This document shows positions 53,939 through 64,000 of a stretch of 64,000 bases of DNA, piece by piece. The notes beneath the pieces were generated by a model that searched no databases, was not told the DNA's origin, and worked only from the letters and a program-made list of their open reading frames with translations. Each line of letters begins with the position of its first letter. The first letter of the stretch is position 1. The position numbers and the translations under genes were made by a program. The stretch covers positions 1,792,001-1,856,000 of the forward strand of contig OZ252100.1 in assembly GCA_965248435.1 (NCBI GenBank). The letters run 5' to 3'. The DNA comes from Candidatus Latescibacterota bacterium (GTDB lineage: Bacteria; Latescibacterota; UBA2968; GCA-2709665).

Positions 53939-55126
53939 ATGAAACCCGAAACTCCGATCTACATGGATGCTCACGCGACGACGCCGGTGGACGAACGCGT
54001 ACTGGAAGAGATGCTTCCTCATTTTCGAAACGAATTCGGAAACGCCTCCAGCCGCTCACACATATTTGGTTGGACCGCAGAAGCAGCCGTAGACAAGGCA
54101 AGAGAGAGGATCGCTGCCCTGATTGGCGGGCAACCCAAGGAGATCATCTTCACCAGCGGGGCGACCGAGTCAGACAACCTTGCAATCAAAGGTGTGGCCG
54201 CGGCCCACGGCGACAGGGGCAAGCATATCATTACCCAGGCCACCGAGCATCACGCCGTGTTGGACACCTGTAGCGCGTTGGCAAGACAAGGTTTCGATAT
54301 TACAGTCCTTCCCGTGGACGAGTATGGCCAGGTCAACACCGAAGCGGTCGCCCAGGCCATCACAGACCGGACCATCCTTGTCTCGATCATGGCCGCAAAT
54401 AACGAAATCGGAACGCTGCAACCGGTCACCGAGATTGGAACGATCTGCAGAGAGCGAAATGTCCTCTTTCACGTAGACGCTGCTCAGGCCGTAGGAAAAA
54501 TCCCTATCGATGTCAGGTCTGCGTGTGTCGACCTCCTCTCTATGACCGCTCACAAGTTCTACGGACCCAAGGGGGTCGGCGCACTTTACGTACGGAGCCG
54601 TTTGCGCGTGGTAGGTCAAATGGATGGCGGGGGCCACGAAAGGGGTATGCGGTCCGGAACCCTGAACGTGCCTGGAATCGTCGGGTTGGGTAAGGCGTGT
54701 GAAGTTGCCGGGGCCGAGATGGAGCAGGAGGCAGGTCGCATCAGAAACCTGCGTGATCGCTTGCAAACAAGGATCCTTGAGGGTCTGGATGAAGTCTATC
54801 TCAATGGCCACCCCAAAGAGAGGCTGGACTCGAATCTGAACCTTAGCTTCAAATATGTCGACGGAGAGAGCCTTCTGATGGGCCTGAGCGAGATTGCCCT
54901 GTCTTCCGGATCGGCGTGTACATCCGCCAGCCTGGAACCGTCATACGTGCTTCGGGCAATCGGCGTGCGAGATGACCTGGCTCAAGGAAGCCTCCGGTTC
55001 GGATTGGGCCGCTTTAACTCGATGCAGGAGATCGACTACGTGGGTGGACGGGTCATCTTAGAAGTCGATCGACTGCGTGAGATATCTCCTCACTATGCGA
55101 AACCGACAGTGAAAAACTCCCGATGA
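53939..55126 (+). CDS. iscS: Cysteine desulfurase IscS
   Basis: YMDAHATTP, TSGATESDN, AHKFYGPKG, SSGSACTS. ATG at 53939. Confidence 0.93.
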   Translation: MKPETPIYMDAHATTPVDERVLEEMLPHFRNEFGNASSRSHIFGWTAEAAVDKARERIAALIGGQPKEIIFTSGATESDNLAIKGVAAAHGDRGKHIITQATEHHAVLDTCSALARQGFDITVLPVDEYGQVNTEAVAQAITDRTILVSIMAANNEIGTLQPVTEIGTICRERNVLFHVDAAQAVGKIPIDVRSACVDLLSMTAHKFYGPKGVGALYVRSRLRVVGQMDGGGHERGMRSGTLNVPGIVGLGKACEVAGAEMEQEAGRIRNLRDRLQTRILEGLDEVYLNGHPKERLDSNLNLSFKYVDGESLLMGLSEIALSSGSACTSASLEPSYVLRAIGVRDDLAQGSLRFGLGRFNSMQEIDYVGGRVILEVDRLREISPHYAKPTVKNSR

Positions 55127-55148
55127 TCCTTTGCGTTAGCGTGATAAG

Positions 55149-55961
55149 ATGCCTACAGAACTGAGCAGGCCTGAACTCCTCCCCGATGTTCGGTACACGA
55201 TCGCGGTTTCCAGCGGCAAGGGCGGTGTTGGAAAAACCACGGTTAGCGTCAACGTGTCTATCGCCCTGATGACGCTAGGCAATTCTGTCGGGCTTCTGGA
55301 CGCCGATATCTATGGCCCAAACGTGCCGATGATGATGGGCGTAAATGAGCAGCCGGAGTCTGAAGAAGGCAAAATTATCCCCCTTGAGAACTATGGGGTC
55401 AAGTTGATGTCACTGGGATTTATTGCCAGTGAAGACACACCGGTGATCTGGCGTGGACCGATCGTGGGGAAGATGATTCAGCAGTTCATTTCCGAAGTAA
55501 AATGGGGGTCTCTCGATTATCTGGTAGTGGACCTTCCGCCAGGAACCGGGGACGCCCAGCTGACGATCGCTCAGACCGTACCTTTGGCCGGGGCCGTAAT
55601 CGTCACTACGCCCCAGGATGTCGCCCTGGAGGACGTTCGTCGCAGCATCGAAATGTTTCGTAGGGTGGATGTTCCCATCCTTGGAATCGTGGAAAACATG
55701 AGCAATTTCTGCTGCCCTCACTGTGGTGACCATGCCCCAATCTTCGGAGAAAATGGCGGCCGAGAAATCGCTGACTTTTTTGAAGTCCCCCTCCTGGGCC
55801 AAATCCCCATCAACCCTTCAATTTGCGAAGGAGGAGACCGAGGACAACCGGTCGCGAATTCCGAAGGGGATGAAGCCGAGGCGTTCCGGGAAGTTGCGCG
55901 CAGGGTCGCAGAGCGGGCTGGCGGCCTCCGGGCGCCGGGTCCCACAATAACCATTTCCTGA
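55149..55961 (+). CDS. mrp: Mrp/ApbC Fe-S cluster carrier ATPase
   Basis: [36 protein letters not shown]. Confidence 0.92.
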   Translation: MPTELSRPELLPDVRYTIAVSSGKGGVGKTTVSVNVSIALMTLGNSVGLLDADIYGPNVPMMMGVNEQPESEEGKIIPLENYGVKLMSLGFIASEDTPVIWRGPIVGKMIQQFISEVKWGSLDYLVVDLPPGTGDAQLTIAQTVPLAGAVIVTTPQDVALEDVRRSIEMFRRVDVPILGIVENMSNFCCPHCGDHAPIFGENGGREIADFFEVPLLGQIPINPSICEGGDRGQPVANSEGDEAEAFREVARRVAERAGGLRAPGPTITIS

Positions 55962-56009
55962 TATGAAGAAGCTGACGGTATATCGACAGACAATCAAGGA
56001 GGACCCAAG

Positions 56010-57194
56010 ATGAGCACATCGCTCGAACAATTGTTGGAAGAAGCGAAATCGGAAGTAGCGGGAATTTCTCCGCAAGAGGGACAGCGCCGGATCCTTAACG
56101 GAAATGGGATCCTCCTTCTAGACGTGCGAGAAAGAGAAGATTACGCAGGAGGCTATATTCCACGCGCGCAGAATCTGCCCCGTGGGTTCTTGGAACTGAG
56201 GGTGGAGAGTCTGTCGAACGATCGCACGACACCCATTGTTGTGTATGGTGGAAATCATCAGGGCGCGTTGGCCGCCAGAGACCTGAATCGAATGGGTTAC
56301 GAGGACGTGGCATATATAGAAGGCGGCTACGACGCCTGGGTGGCGGCCGACCTTCCCCTGGAACGTGACCGAGCTCTCAGCAAGGCGGAGGTCCAGCGTT
56401 ATTCAAGACACTTGATGGTTCCAGAGGTGGGTGAAAAGGGGCAGGGCAAGCTCCTGGACGCGAGGGTCTTGATGGTCGGTGCTGGGGGCCTTGGAAGCCC
56501 GGCGGCATTCTATCTGGCCGCGGCGGGGGTAGGCACGATAGGCATTGTCGACGCTGACGTCGTTGACGTCACAAACTTGCAGCGTCAGATCCTTCATGGC
56601 ACATCGGACCTTGGAAGACCCAAGGCCGTCTCTGCTTATGAGACCCTCCGAGACCTCAATCCGGGATGCAACGTCGTCCCGCATATCGAATACCTGAATT
56701 CCGAGAATGTAACAGAAATTTTCGAGGACTACGACATCGTCGTTAACGGATGTGACAACTTCCCGACTCGCTACTTGGTTAACGATGCGTGCGTTTTTTC
56801 CAGGAAGCCCCTCGTGGATGGTAGCATTTTCCGGTTTGAAGGGCAGGTTACGATTTTCCCTTGCGATTCCAAGGGTCCCTGCTACCGTTGCCTTTACCCG
56901 GAACCCCCACCGGCCGAGCTCGCACCTTCCTGCGCAGAAGCCGGTGTACTCGGCGTCTTGCCGGGCACGATCGGGCTCATCCAGGCAACGGAGACGGTCA
57001 AGCTTATCCTCGGTCAGGGCGACCTGCTCGTCGAGCGGCTTTTGATGTACGATGCACTCTCAATGAATTTCAAGACCTTCAAGATTCGACGGGAACCCAA
57101 TTGCCCCGTCTGTGGAGACAACCCTACGGTTACCGAACTGATCGACTACGAGGCCTTCTGCTCGGGCGTCAGCATTCCTGAAACAGCAGGATGA
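56010..57194 (+). CDS. moeB: Rhodanese-like + MoeB/ThiF adenylyltransferase fusion (MoeZ-like)
   Basis: N-terminal LLDVRE...IEGGYDAW; then RYSRHL, GAGGLG, NLQRQ, CYRC, SCAEAGVLG, CPVC. Confidence 0.88.
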   Translation: MSTSLEQLLEEAKSEVAGISPQEGQRRILNGNGILLLDVREREDYAGGYIPRAQNLPRGFLELRVESLSNDRTTPIVVYGGNHQGALAARDLNRMGYEDVAYIEGGYDAWVAADLPLERDRALSKAEVQRYSRHLMVPEVGEKGQGKLLDARVLMVGAGGLGSPAAFYLAAAGVGTIGIVDADVVDVTNLQRQILHGTSDLGRPKAVSAYETLRDLNPGCNVVPHIEYLNSENVTEIFEDYDIVVNGCDNFPTRYLVNDACVFSRKPLVDGSIFRFEGQVTIFPCDSKGPCYRCLYPEPPPAELAPSCAEAGVLGVLPGTIGLIQATETVKLILGQGDLLVERLLMYDALSMNFKTFKIRREPNCPVCGDNPTVTELIDYEAFCSGVSIPETAG

Positions 57195-57216
57195 TTCGGG
57201 CTTTTACGGAGAAATC

Positions 57217-57801
57217 GTGAATATCCACAGTAGCATTCTGAGCTGGATTCTAGCCTCAGTAGTCTGGCTCGGCTGCAACCAGCGTCCTGGAGAGTTGCCC
57301 GAAAAGAGGGCAGAGATAGGGCCGATTCACGTCGACTCTGTAGTCGTCATCCCCGCGACAGCTCAGGACATCATCGACGCCATCCAAGAGACTCGGGCAC
57401 CGGTGACGCTCGTGAACATCTGGGCGACCTACTGTCCACCCTGCAGAGCGGAGTTTCCGGATCTGGTTCGGCTCCACGAATCATACAAGGCCAAGGGCCT
57501 CCGCCTGGTTCTCGTCTCAGCGGATTTCGACGATCAGCTTCCAATGGCCCGGGCTTTCCTCGCCCAAAATGGCGTAGATTTTCCCTCTTACGTCAAACGC
57601 GAGCGGGACTCTGAGTTCATCGACACCATGGATGAGAGGTGGTCTGGCGCGCTCCCGGCGACGTGGATCTTCGACGCAAAGGGTGTACGACGACACTTCT
57701 GGGAGGGAATGGCAACCTACGAAGTCTTTGAGAGAAAGATCCTGGACGTCCTCAACAAGACGGCCAATCATTCAGGCGTTCCATCAAGGAGGGGAACATG
57801 A
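57217..57801 (+). CDS. TlpA-like thiol-disulfide oxidoreductase, probable lipoprotein
   Basis: WLGC lipobox-like; VNIWATYCPPCRAE; WSGALPAT. Confidence 0.85.
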   Translation: MNIHSSILSWILASVVWLGCNQRPGELPEKRAEIGPIHVDSVVVIPATAQDIIDAIQETRAPVTLVNIWATYCPPCRAEFPDLVRLHESYKAKGLRLVLVSADFDDQLPMARAFLAQNGVDFPSYVKRERDSEFIDTMDERWSGALPATWIFDAKGVRRHFWEGMATYEVFERKILDVLNKTANHSGVPSRRGT

Positions 57802-58424
57802 TATATATCCACAAATTCGCAATCTGTGCAGGAGCCATTGCACTTATGCTGGCCTGCGGAGCTGAGGTCGGTGGAGGGGAAAGACTGCAACTCGGAAGCA
57901 CGACGCCCTTGTCAGAAGTCAAGATGAAAAGCGTAAGTGGAGACAATCGGTCCATCTCAGACGTAAAAGGAGAGAAAGGCACACTGGTCATCTTCTCCTG
58001 TAACTCGTGTCCTTGGGTCGTCGCCTGGGAAGATCGTATTACAGAGATTGGAAACGCCTACGAAAAGAAAGGGTTCGGGGTCATCGTGATCAACTCGAAC
58101 GATCCTCAAAGCGTCTCTGGCGACGGATTGGATGAGATGACCAAGCGATCGAAAAAGTTGGGTTTTACTTTCCCATATGTCGTTGACGCAACCTCCGATG
58201 TTGCCCGTGCCTTCGGGGCGACGCGAACGCCCGAGGTATTCCTTTTCGATAATGGTGGGGTGCTCGTCTACCACGGCGCTATCGACGATGATGCGAAGAA
58301 TCCCGAGCGTGTCGAAGCCCACTACTTGAAGGATGCGCTCGAAGCGATCCTTCAGGAAAAGGAAGTTGGACGGAAAGAGACCAAAGCGCTAGGCTGTTCA
58401 ATCAAGTTTCGTCCGAAAGCCTAA
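57798..58424 (+). CDS. Thioredoxin/AhpC-TSA-family redoxin, probable lipoprotein
   Basis: MLAC lipobox-like; FSCNSCPWV, GATRTPE, YHGAIDD, GCSIK. Confidence 0.85.
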   Translation: MIYIHKFAICAGAIALMLACGAEVGGGERLQLGSTTPLSEVKMKSVSGDNRSISDVKGEKGTLVIFSCNSCPWVVAWEDRITEIGNAYEKKGFGVIVINSNDPQSVSGDGLDEMTKRSKKLGFTFPYVVDATSDVARAFGATRTPEVFLFDNGGVLVYHGAIDDDAKNPERVEAHYLKDALEAILQEKEVGRKETKALGCSIKFRPKA

Positions 58425-58439
58425 CTGAGCCCAGAGACC

Positions 58440-58485
58440 AAAAAAAAGAAGAGGCGCCCAGAGTAAGAGCGCCTCTTCTTTTTTT
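58440..58485. terminator. Bidirectional terminator between the redoxin gene and groL
   Basis: A-run, GAAGAGGCGC...GCGCCTCTTC stem, T-run. Confidence 0.9.
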
Positions 58486-58499
58486 CTTTCAGTCAACCT

Positions 58500-60468
<1,969 letters not shown>

Positions 60469-60529
60469 GCCCTCCTATATTCTGTGTTTAAACGGAGATG
60501 GGCAAATGTGTAACACTCTAGATAGGGAC

Positions 60530-60556
60530 TTAGCACTCAATGGCATAGAGTGCTAA
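60530..60556. promoter_or_regulatory. CIRCE element (HrcA operator)
   Basis: Exact TTAGCACTC-N9-GAGTGCTAA upstream of groS. Confidence 0.97.
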
Positions 60557-60565
60557 TAGCTTCCG

Positions 60566-60594
60566 AATATATAAAACCTGCCCCCCTGTTGCAA
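60566..60594 (-). promoter_or_regulatory. sigma70 promoter of groESL
   Basis: Minus strand TTGCAA-17 nt-TATATT, immediately upstream of CIRCE. Confidence 0.7.
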
Positions 60595-61078
60595 GAAGAA
60601 TCTCGGCAATCGGTAAGAAAGTGAACGCGTTGGCGCGACCCGATTCTTGGACAAACCGGACCGGCACACCCATCTCAGGGTTCCCTACCTTCACCCGCTC
60701 TCGGCCTCCGGGCAAATCCTTCTCTTCGATGGAGTTAGCCTGGTCAAGCCTTTGCAATTGATTTTTCAAGACAATTTTATATATTTGGGGTGCCTGAGTG
60801 GTCATTTCTATTCGACACGCCCTTTAGACCCTCACTGAACATCGGGGAACTCCCCCGGAACGACGGGCGCGTTGTGACCTCCCTCCTAGCCTCTCCGATC
60901 CGTCGCCACAAAGACTTCTTGAAGGATTCCTGCTCGACCGGACCTGGCACTGGATCCGATGGGATAGATTCCGGCCGATTCAGGATGGAGGGAAGAGTAG
61001 TCATTTGAAGACCGTAGGAATCCGCAGGAAAACCAGCCAAGGGACACGTGGCAGATTCTCACGAGAGGAAAGGGACAC

Positions 61079-62461
61079 GTGAAAGAGTACTGTGGTATCT
61101 TTGGAATTTTCGGTCACCCGGAGGCGTCCGAATTGACCACGCTGGGGCTTCACGCCCTCCAGCACCGGGGAGAAGAAAGCAGCGGAATCGCTTCCGGTGA
61201 CGGCGATCGACTCCACATACACACGGGAATGGGTCACGTGGCAGACGTCTTTGGGGGACTGGATATTTCAAGCAACCTCCCTGGCCATCTGGCCATCGGA
61301 CACAATCGATACTCCACGACCGGGTCCGACACGCTGTCCAACTCGCAACCTTTCATCGCCCAGTTTCGTCAGGGAAGTATCGCCGTAGCCCACAATGGAA
61401 ACTTGATCAACACCACACAACTTCGGGAGGAACTGGAAGAAGAAGGTGCGATCTTTCAGACGACCAGCGACAGTGAGATTGTTCTCCACCTTATCGCCCG
61501 AGTCCGCAAAGCATCCATCGTGGACCGTATCCAGGACGCGCTTGCACAGGTTCGGGGAGCCTTTTCCCTTCTCCTTTGCACAGAACAGAAGCTGATCGCG
61601 GCACGTGACCCTTATGGATTTCGACCGCTATGTCTGGGCCGATTAGGAGATGCGTGGGTTATCGCCTCTGAATCGTGTGCGCTCGACATCATCTCTGCGC
61701 GCTACATACGAGACATCGAACCCGGTGAACTGGTTGTCGTAGACGAGAACGGTCTCCGAACGATCTCCCCATTCGAGTCCGTCAGACATGCCTTTTGCAT
61801 TTTCGAATACATCTATTTTTCGCGCCCTGACAGCATCATCTTTGGCGACAATGTGGATAAGACCAGACGCAAGCTCGGTAGGCAGCTTGCCATCGAACAG
61901 CCTGCGGACGCCGACATCGTCATTGCCGTTCCAGACTCCAGCAACACTGCGGCCCTGGGTTATGCCAACGAATCTAGAATCAAACTCGAAATCGGTCTGA
62001 TTCGCAACCACTATGTTGGGCGAACTTTTATCACACCCAGCGAGGATAACCGAGCGGCGATGGTTCACCTGAAATTCAATCCGGTTCGAGGGGTCCTGAG
62101 GGGAAAGCGGGTTGTCGTTGTTGAAGATTCGATCGTTCGAGGAACCACACTTCGGCGGCTGGTTAAGATGATTCGAGAGGCCGGTGCTCGCCAGGTCCAC
62201 ATCCGTGTGAGCTGCCCTCCGATCGTATCCCCCTGTTATTACGGAATCGATTTTCAGACAGAGAGAGAACTGATAGCCAGCAAGAAGAGTGTGGAGCGAA
62301 TTCGAGAGCACCTCGGAGTAGACAGCTTGGGGTATCTCTCGCTGGAGGGAATGCTTGCCATGGCCCCCAACACTCCTCATCAGTATTGTAATGCCTGTTT
62401 CACAAAAGACTATCCCATCCCCATTGAGTCAGAAGTCAGCAAGCTGATCCTGGAGCGGTAA
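61079..62461 (+). CDS. purF: Amidophosphoribosyltransferase
   Basis: CGIFG, LQHRGEE, GHNRYSTTG, CIFEYIYF, VEDSIVRGTT, PCYYGID, CNAC. Confidence 0.96.
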   Translation: MKEYCGIFGIFGHPEASELTTLGLHALQHRGEESSGIASGDGDRLHIHTGMGHVADVFGGLDISSNLPGHLAIGHNRYSTTGSDTLSNSQPFIAQFRQGSIAVAHNGNLINTTQLREELEEEGAIFQTTSDSEIVLHLIARVRKASIVDRIQDALAQVRGAFSLLLCTEQKLIAARDPYGFRPLCLGRLGDAWVIASESCALDIISARYIRDIEPGELVVVDENGLRTISPFESVRHAFCIFEYIYFSRPDSIIFGDNVDKTRRKLGRQLAIEQPADADIVIAVPDSSNTAALGYANESRIKLEIGLIRNHYVGRTFITPSEDNRAAMVHLKFNPVRGVLRGKRVVVVEDSIVRGTTLRRLVKMIREAGARQVHIRVSCPPIVSPCYYGIDFQTERELIASKKSVERIREHLGVDSLGYLSLEGMLAMAPNTPHQYCNACFTKDYPIPIESEVSKLILER

Positions 62462-62499
62462 CGCGCCTCCTCTGGAGCAACTTATTTCTTTTTCAGTCG

Positions 62500-63804
62500 T
62501 TGAAGGGAGTAGTTGCTCTCAAGCGTGACACTCTACAGAGGAGGTACCTCGTGCCCTTACCCCTACTCCTCGCCATTTCGATTGTATTACTTCCCCTTTC
62601 AGGGCCTCTTGACGCAGCCAAGCTAGAAGATCTACTCATCCCGGATCGATTGGTCAGACATCTCAATGCCGATCAGACGCAGAGGGCGTTTGTATCCGAC
62701 TCCGCTCTGAAGCTTCGTAAGATTGTTTCCGATTATCAGTGGGAGCGTGGCAAGCAGACGTGTGAAGCGATCGCCTGGCGGAAGCAGCGTCCAGACGTGC
62801 AGGAGTTGCGTTCGCTCCGAAAGGCATCCAGAAAGGCACTTGACGCGGCGTTTGATTCCCTCAAGGCCGGGCTTAGCGAGAAGCAGGGGAAGCGGATCGA
62901 TAAACTTTTGCGCCGCGACGAAAATATCCTGGATCTCGAAATCGCCAGTCTCCCTTTCGACCACATAGACAATACTCCACTCTTCCCGCGATCTCGAGAA
63001 AACGTAAACGCATATAGTATTACGTTGCCTGGTACCCCTTCCCAGGGGGACGACTGGTCCTATTCCGAGCTCCTGCGTACTTGGACCGTACGAGGGTTTG
63101 TTCCCTCTCAACCGGGAGTGGATGAGTCCCAAGGCACCGGGCTGGAAGACCGGACGGATCTCCGGACGCGTCCACTCTCAAGTCGGTCCAGAGGCAAGAT
63201 CGTCAAGTCTCCTCTCCTTCTATCCGCAACACTTATGGTTCCGGATCTGGCCAGGGCGGAATCCGAACTCCTGTGGGAGCACTACAGGAGCGATTCCGAA
63301 GACAGGGAGTCTTTGTGGAATCGCTACCAATCGCAGAATCGATTAGACAGTGCTATCCTGATCCGGATGAAGATGAGCACGCCGTTTGCAGCCCGGTATC
63401 TGGACCTTGATGCCTGGACCATCTACCTCGAGGACAGTGACGGCATTGGCTACGAGCCCGAAAAGATAGAGGAAGAATCACTTCACCCCATAGAGGCTTT
63501 GGAAATCTCTGTTCCGGGTAGAGCCGTGGAAGTCACAGATGTCTTTGGAAACTATTATCCATACGTTCCAGGAAACAAAGAAATCCTCTATCTGGAAGCC
63601 CCCGCCGAGGTCGTCTACACAGGTCACGAAAAACTGCTAAAGATCTACTTTCCTGGAAAAAGTTTCCGGGGTCTCCCAATCGTCACAGAGAAGACGAAAA
63701 GACTCAAGCTCATCGTGCAATCACAAAAAGAGAAATTTGTCCGTACGGAACTCATCTGGGATCTGTCCCGTAGCATGCGGCAAGTCCAAAAGGATCGTGG
63801 ATGA
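62500..63804 (+). CDS. Hypothetical exported protein
   Basis: 434-aa ORF with a signal-like PLLLAISIVLLPLSGPLDA segment and a helical N-domain. No family recognised; start uncertain. Confidence 0.65.
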   Translation: MKGVVALKRDTLQRRYLVPLPLLLAISIVLLPLSGPLDAAKLEDLLIPDRLVRHLNADQTQRAFVSDSALKLRKIVSDYQWERGKQTCEAIAWRKQRPDVQELRSLRKASRKALDAAFDSLKAGLSEKQGKRIDKLLRRDENILDLEIASLPFDHIDNTPLFPRSRENVNAYSITLPGTPSQGDDWSYSELLRTWTVRGFVPSQPGVDESQGTGLEDRTDLRTRPLSSRSRGKIVKSPLLLSATLMVPDLARAESELLWEHYRSDSEDRESLWNRYQSQNRLDSAILIRMKMSTPFAARYLDLDAWTIYLEDSDGIGYEPEKIEEESLHPIEALEISVPGRAVEVTDVFGNYYPYVPGNKEILYLEAPAEVVYTGHEKLLKIYFPGKSFRGLPIVTEKTKRLKLIVQSQKEKFVRTELIWDLSRSMRQVQKDRG

Positions 63805-64000
63805 AGCCACTTCTCCTTCTCCTACTTCTCGCTGGACACTTATCGGCCTGCGCAACAGCCCAACCGCCTCGCATCTTACCTCTTCAAGTCTCCAAGCGCC
63901 CACCGGACCCGAGGGCACTCAGACACTACATTGATGCCAAAATCTTTGAGATGAAAGGAAAACCGGCGGCGGCGGCAGGTGCCCTTTTGGCCGCCATCGC
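63801..64000 (+). CDS. Putative lipoprotein (possibly TPR), runs off the right edge (partial)
   Basis: ATGA overlap with the previous gene; MKPLLLLLLLAGHLSACATAQ... has lipobox LSAC; open to the window end. Confidence 0.65.
   Translation, partial: MKPLLLLLLLAGHLSACATAQPPRILPLQVSKRPPDPRALRHYIDAKIFEMKGKPAAAAGALLAAI

Noticed and set aside
60780-61078. Purine, ZTP or PRPP riboswitch upstream of purF
   Set aside because: The leader is long with small hairpins, but I could not match the conserved cores; an Rfam scan would be decisive.

Overview
Bacterial chromosomal window, probably from an FCB-superphylum lineage such as Latescibacterota. This is inferred from NYPNPFNP-type secretion C-terminal domains, cohesin/dockerin modules, Gln after signal peptides and many D-S/T-hydrophobic sequons. 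The left 38 kb is a cell-surface locus. On the minus strand are three very large secreted proteins (about 1300, 1803 and 1760 aa) with cohesin-like, dockerin-like and Ig-like modules plus a FlgD/T9SS-like C-terminal domain, followed by a TPR lipoprotein, a barrel+CsgG-like protein, an O-antigen-ligase/TPR fusion and a truncated lipoprotein. Divergently, on the plus strand, is an uninterrupted tandem array of seven more O-antigen-ligase (Wzy_C)/TPR paralogs, giving eight in total, with no glycosyltransferase or flippase gene in the window. The best candidate for an undescribed system is therefore a multi-paralog protein O-glycosylation or surface-anchoring locus serving a cohesin-dockerin surface scaffold. 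Associated non-coding features are two sigma54 promoters, a hairpin-array leader, a ~510-bp tandem duplication with boxA-like words, and near-identical 3' ends in the two largest genes. The right part is mostly housekeeping: rpsT; a sulfur cluster (cysC, cysH, cysM-like, mec, SDR, cupin, flavoprotein, CysO-like carrier, Rrf2, cysK); tRNA-Lys; orphan HlyD; ppdK; parAB; ftsY; iscS; mrp; moeZ-like; two thioredoxin-fold proteins; groESL with CIRCE; purF; and two hypothetical exported proteins. All domain calls come from reading motifs by eye; no searches were run.
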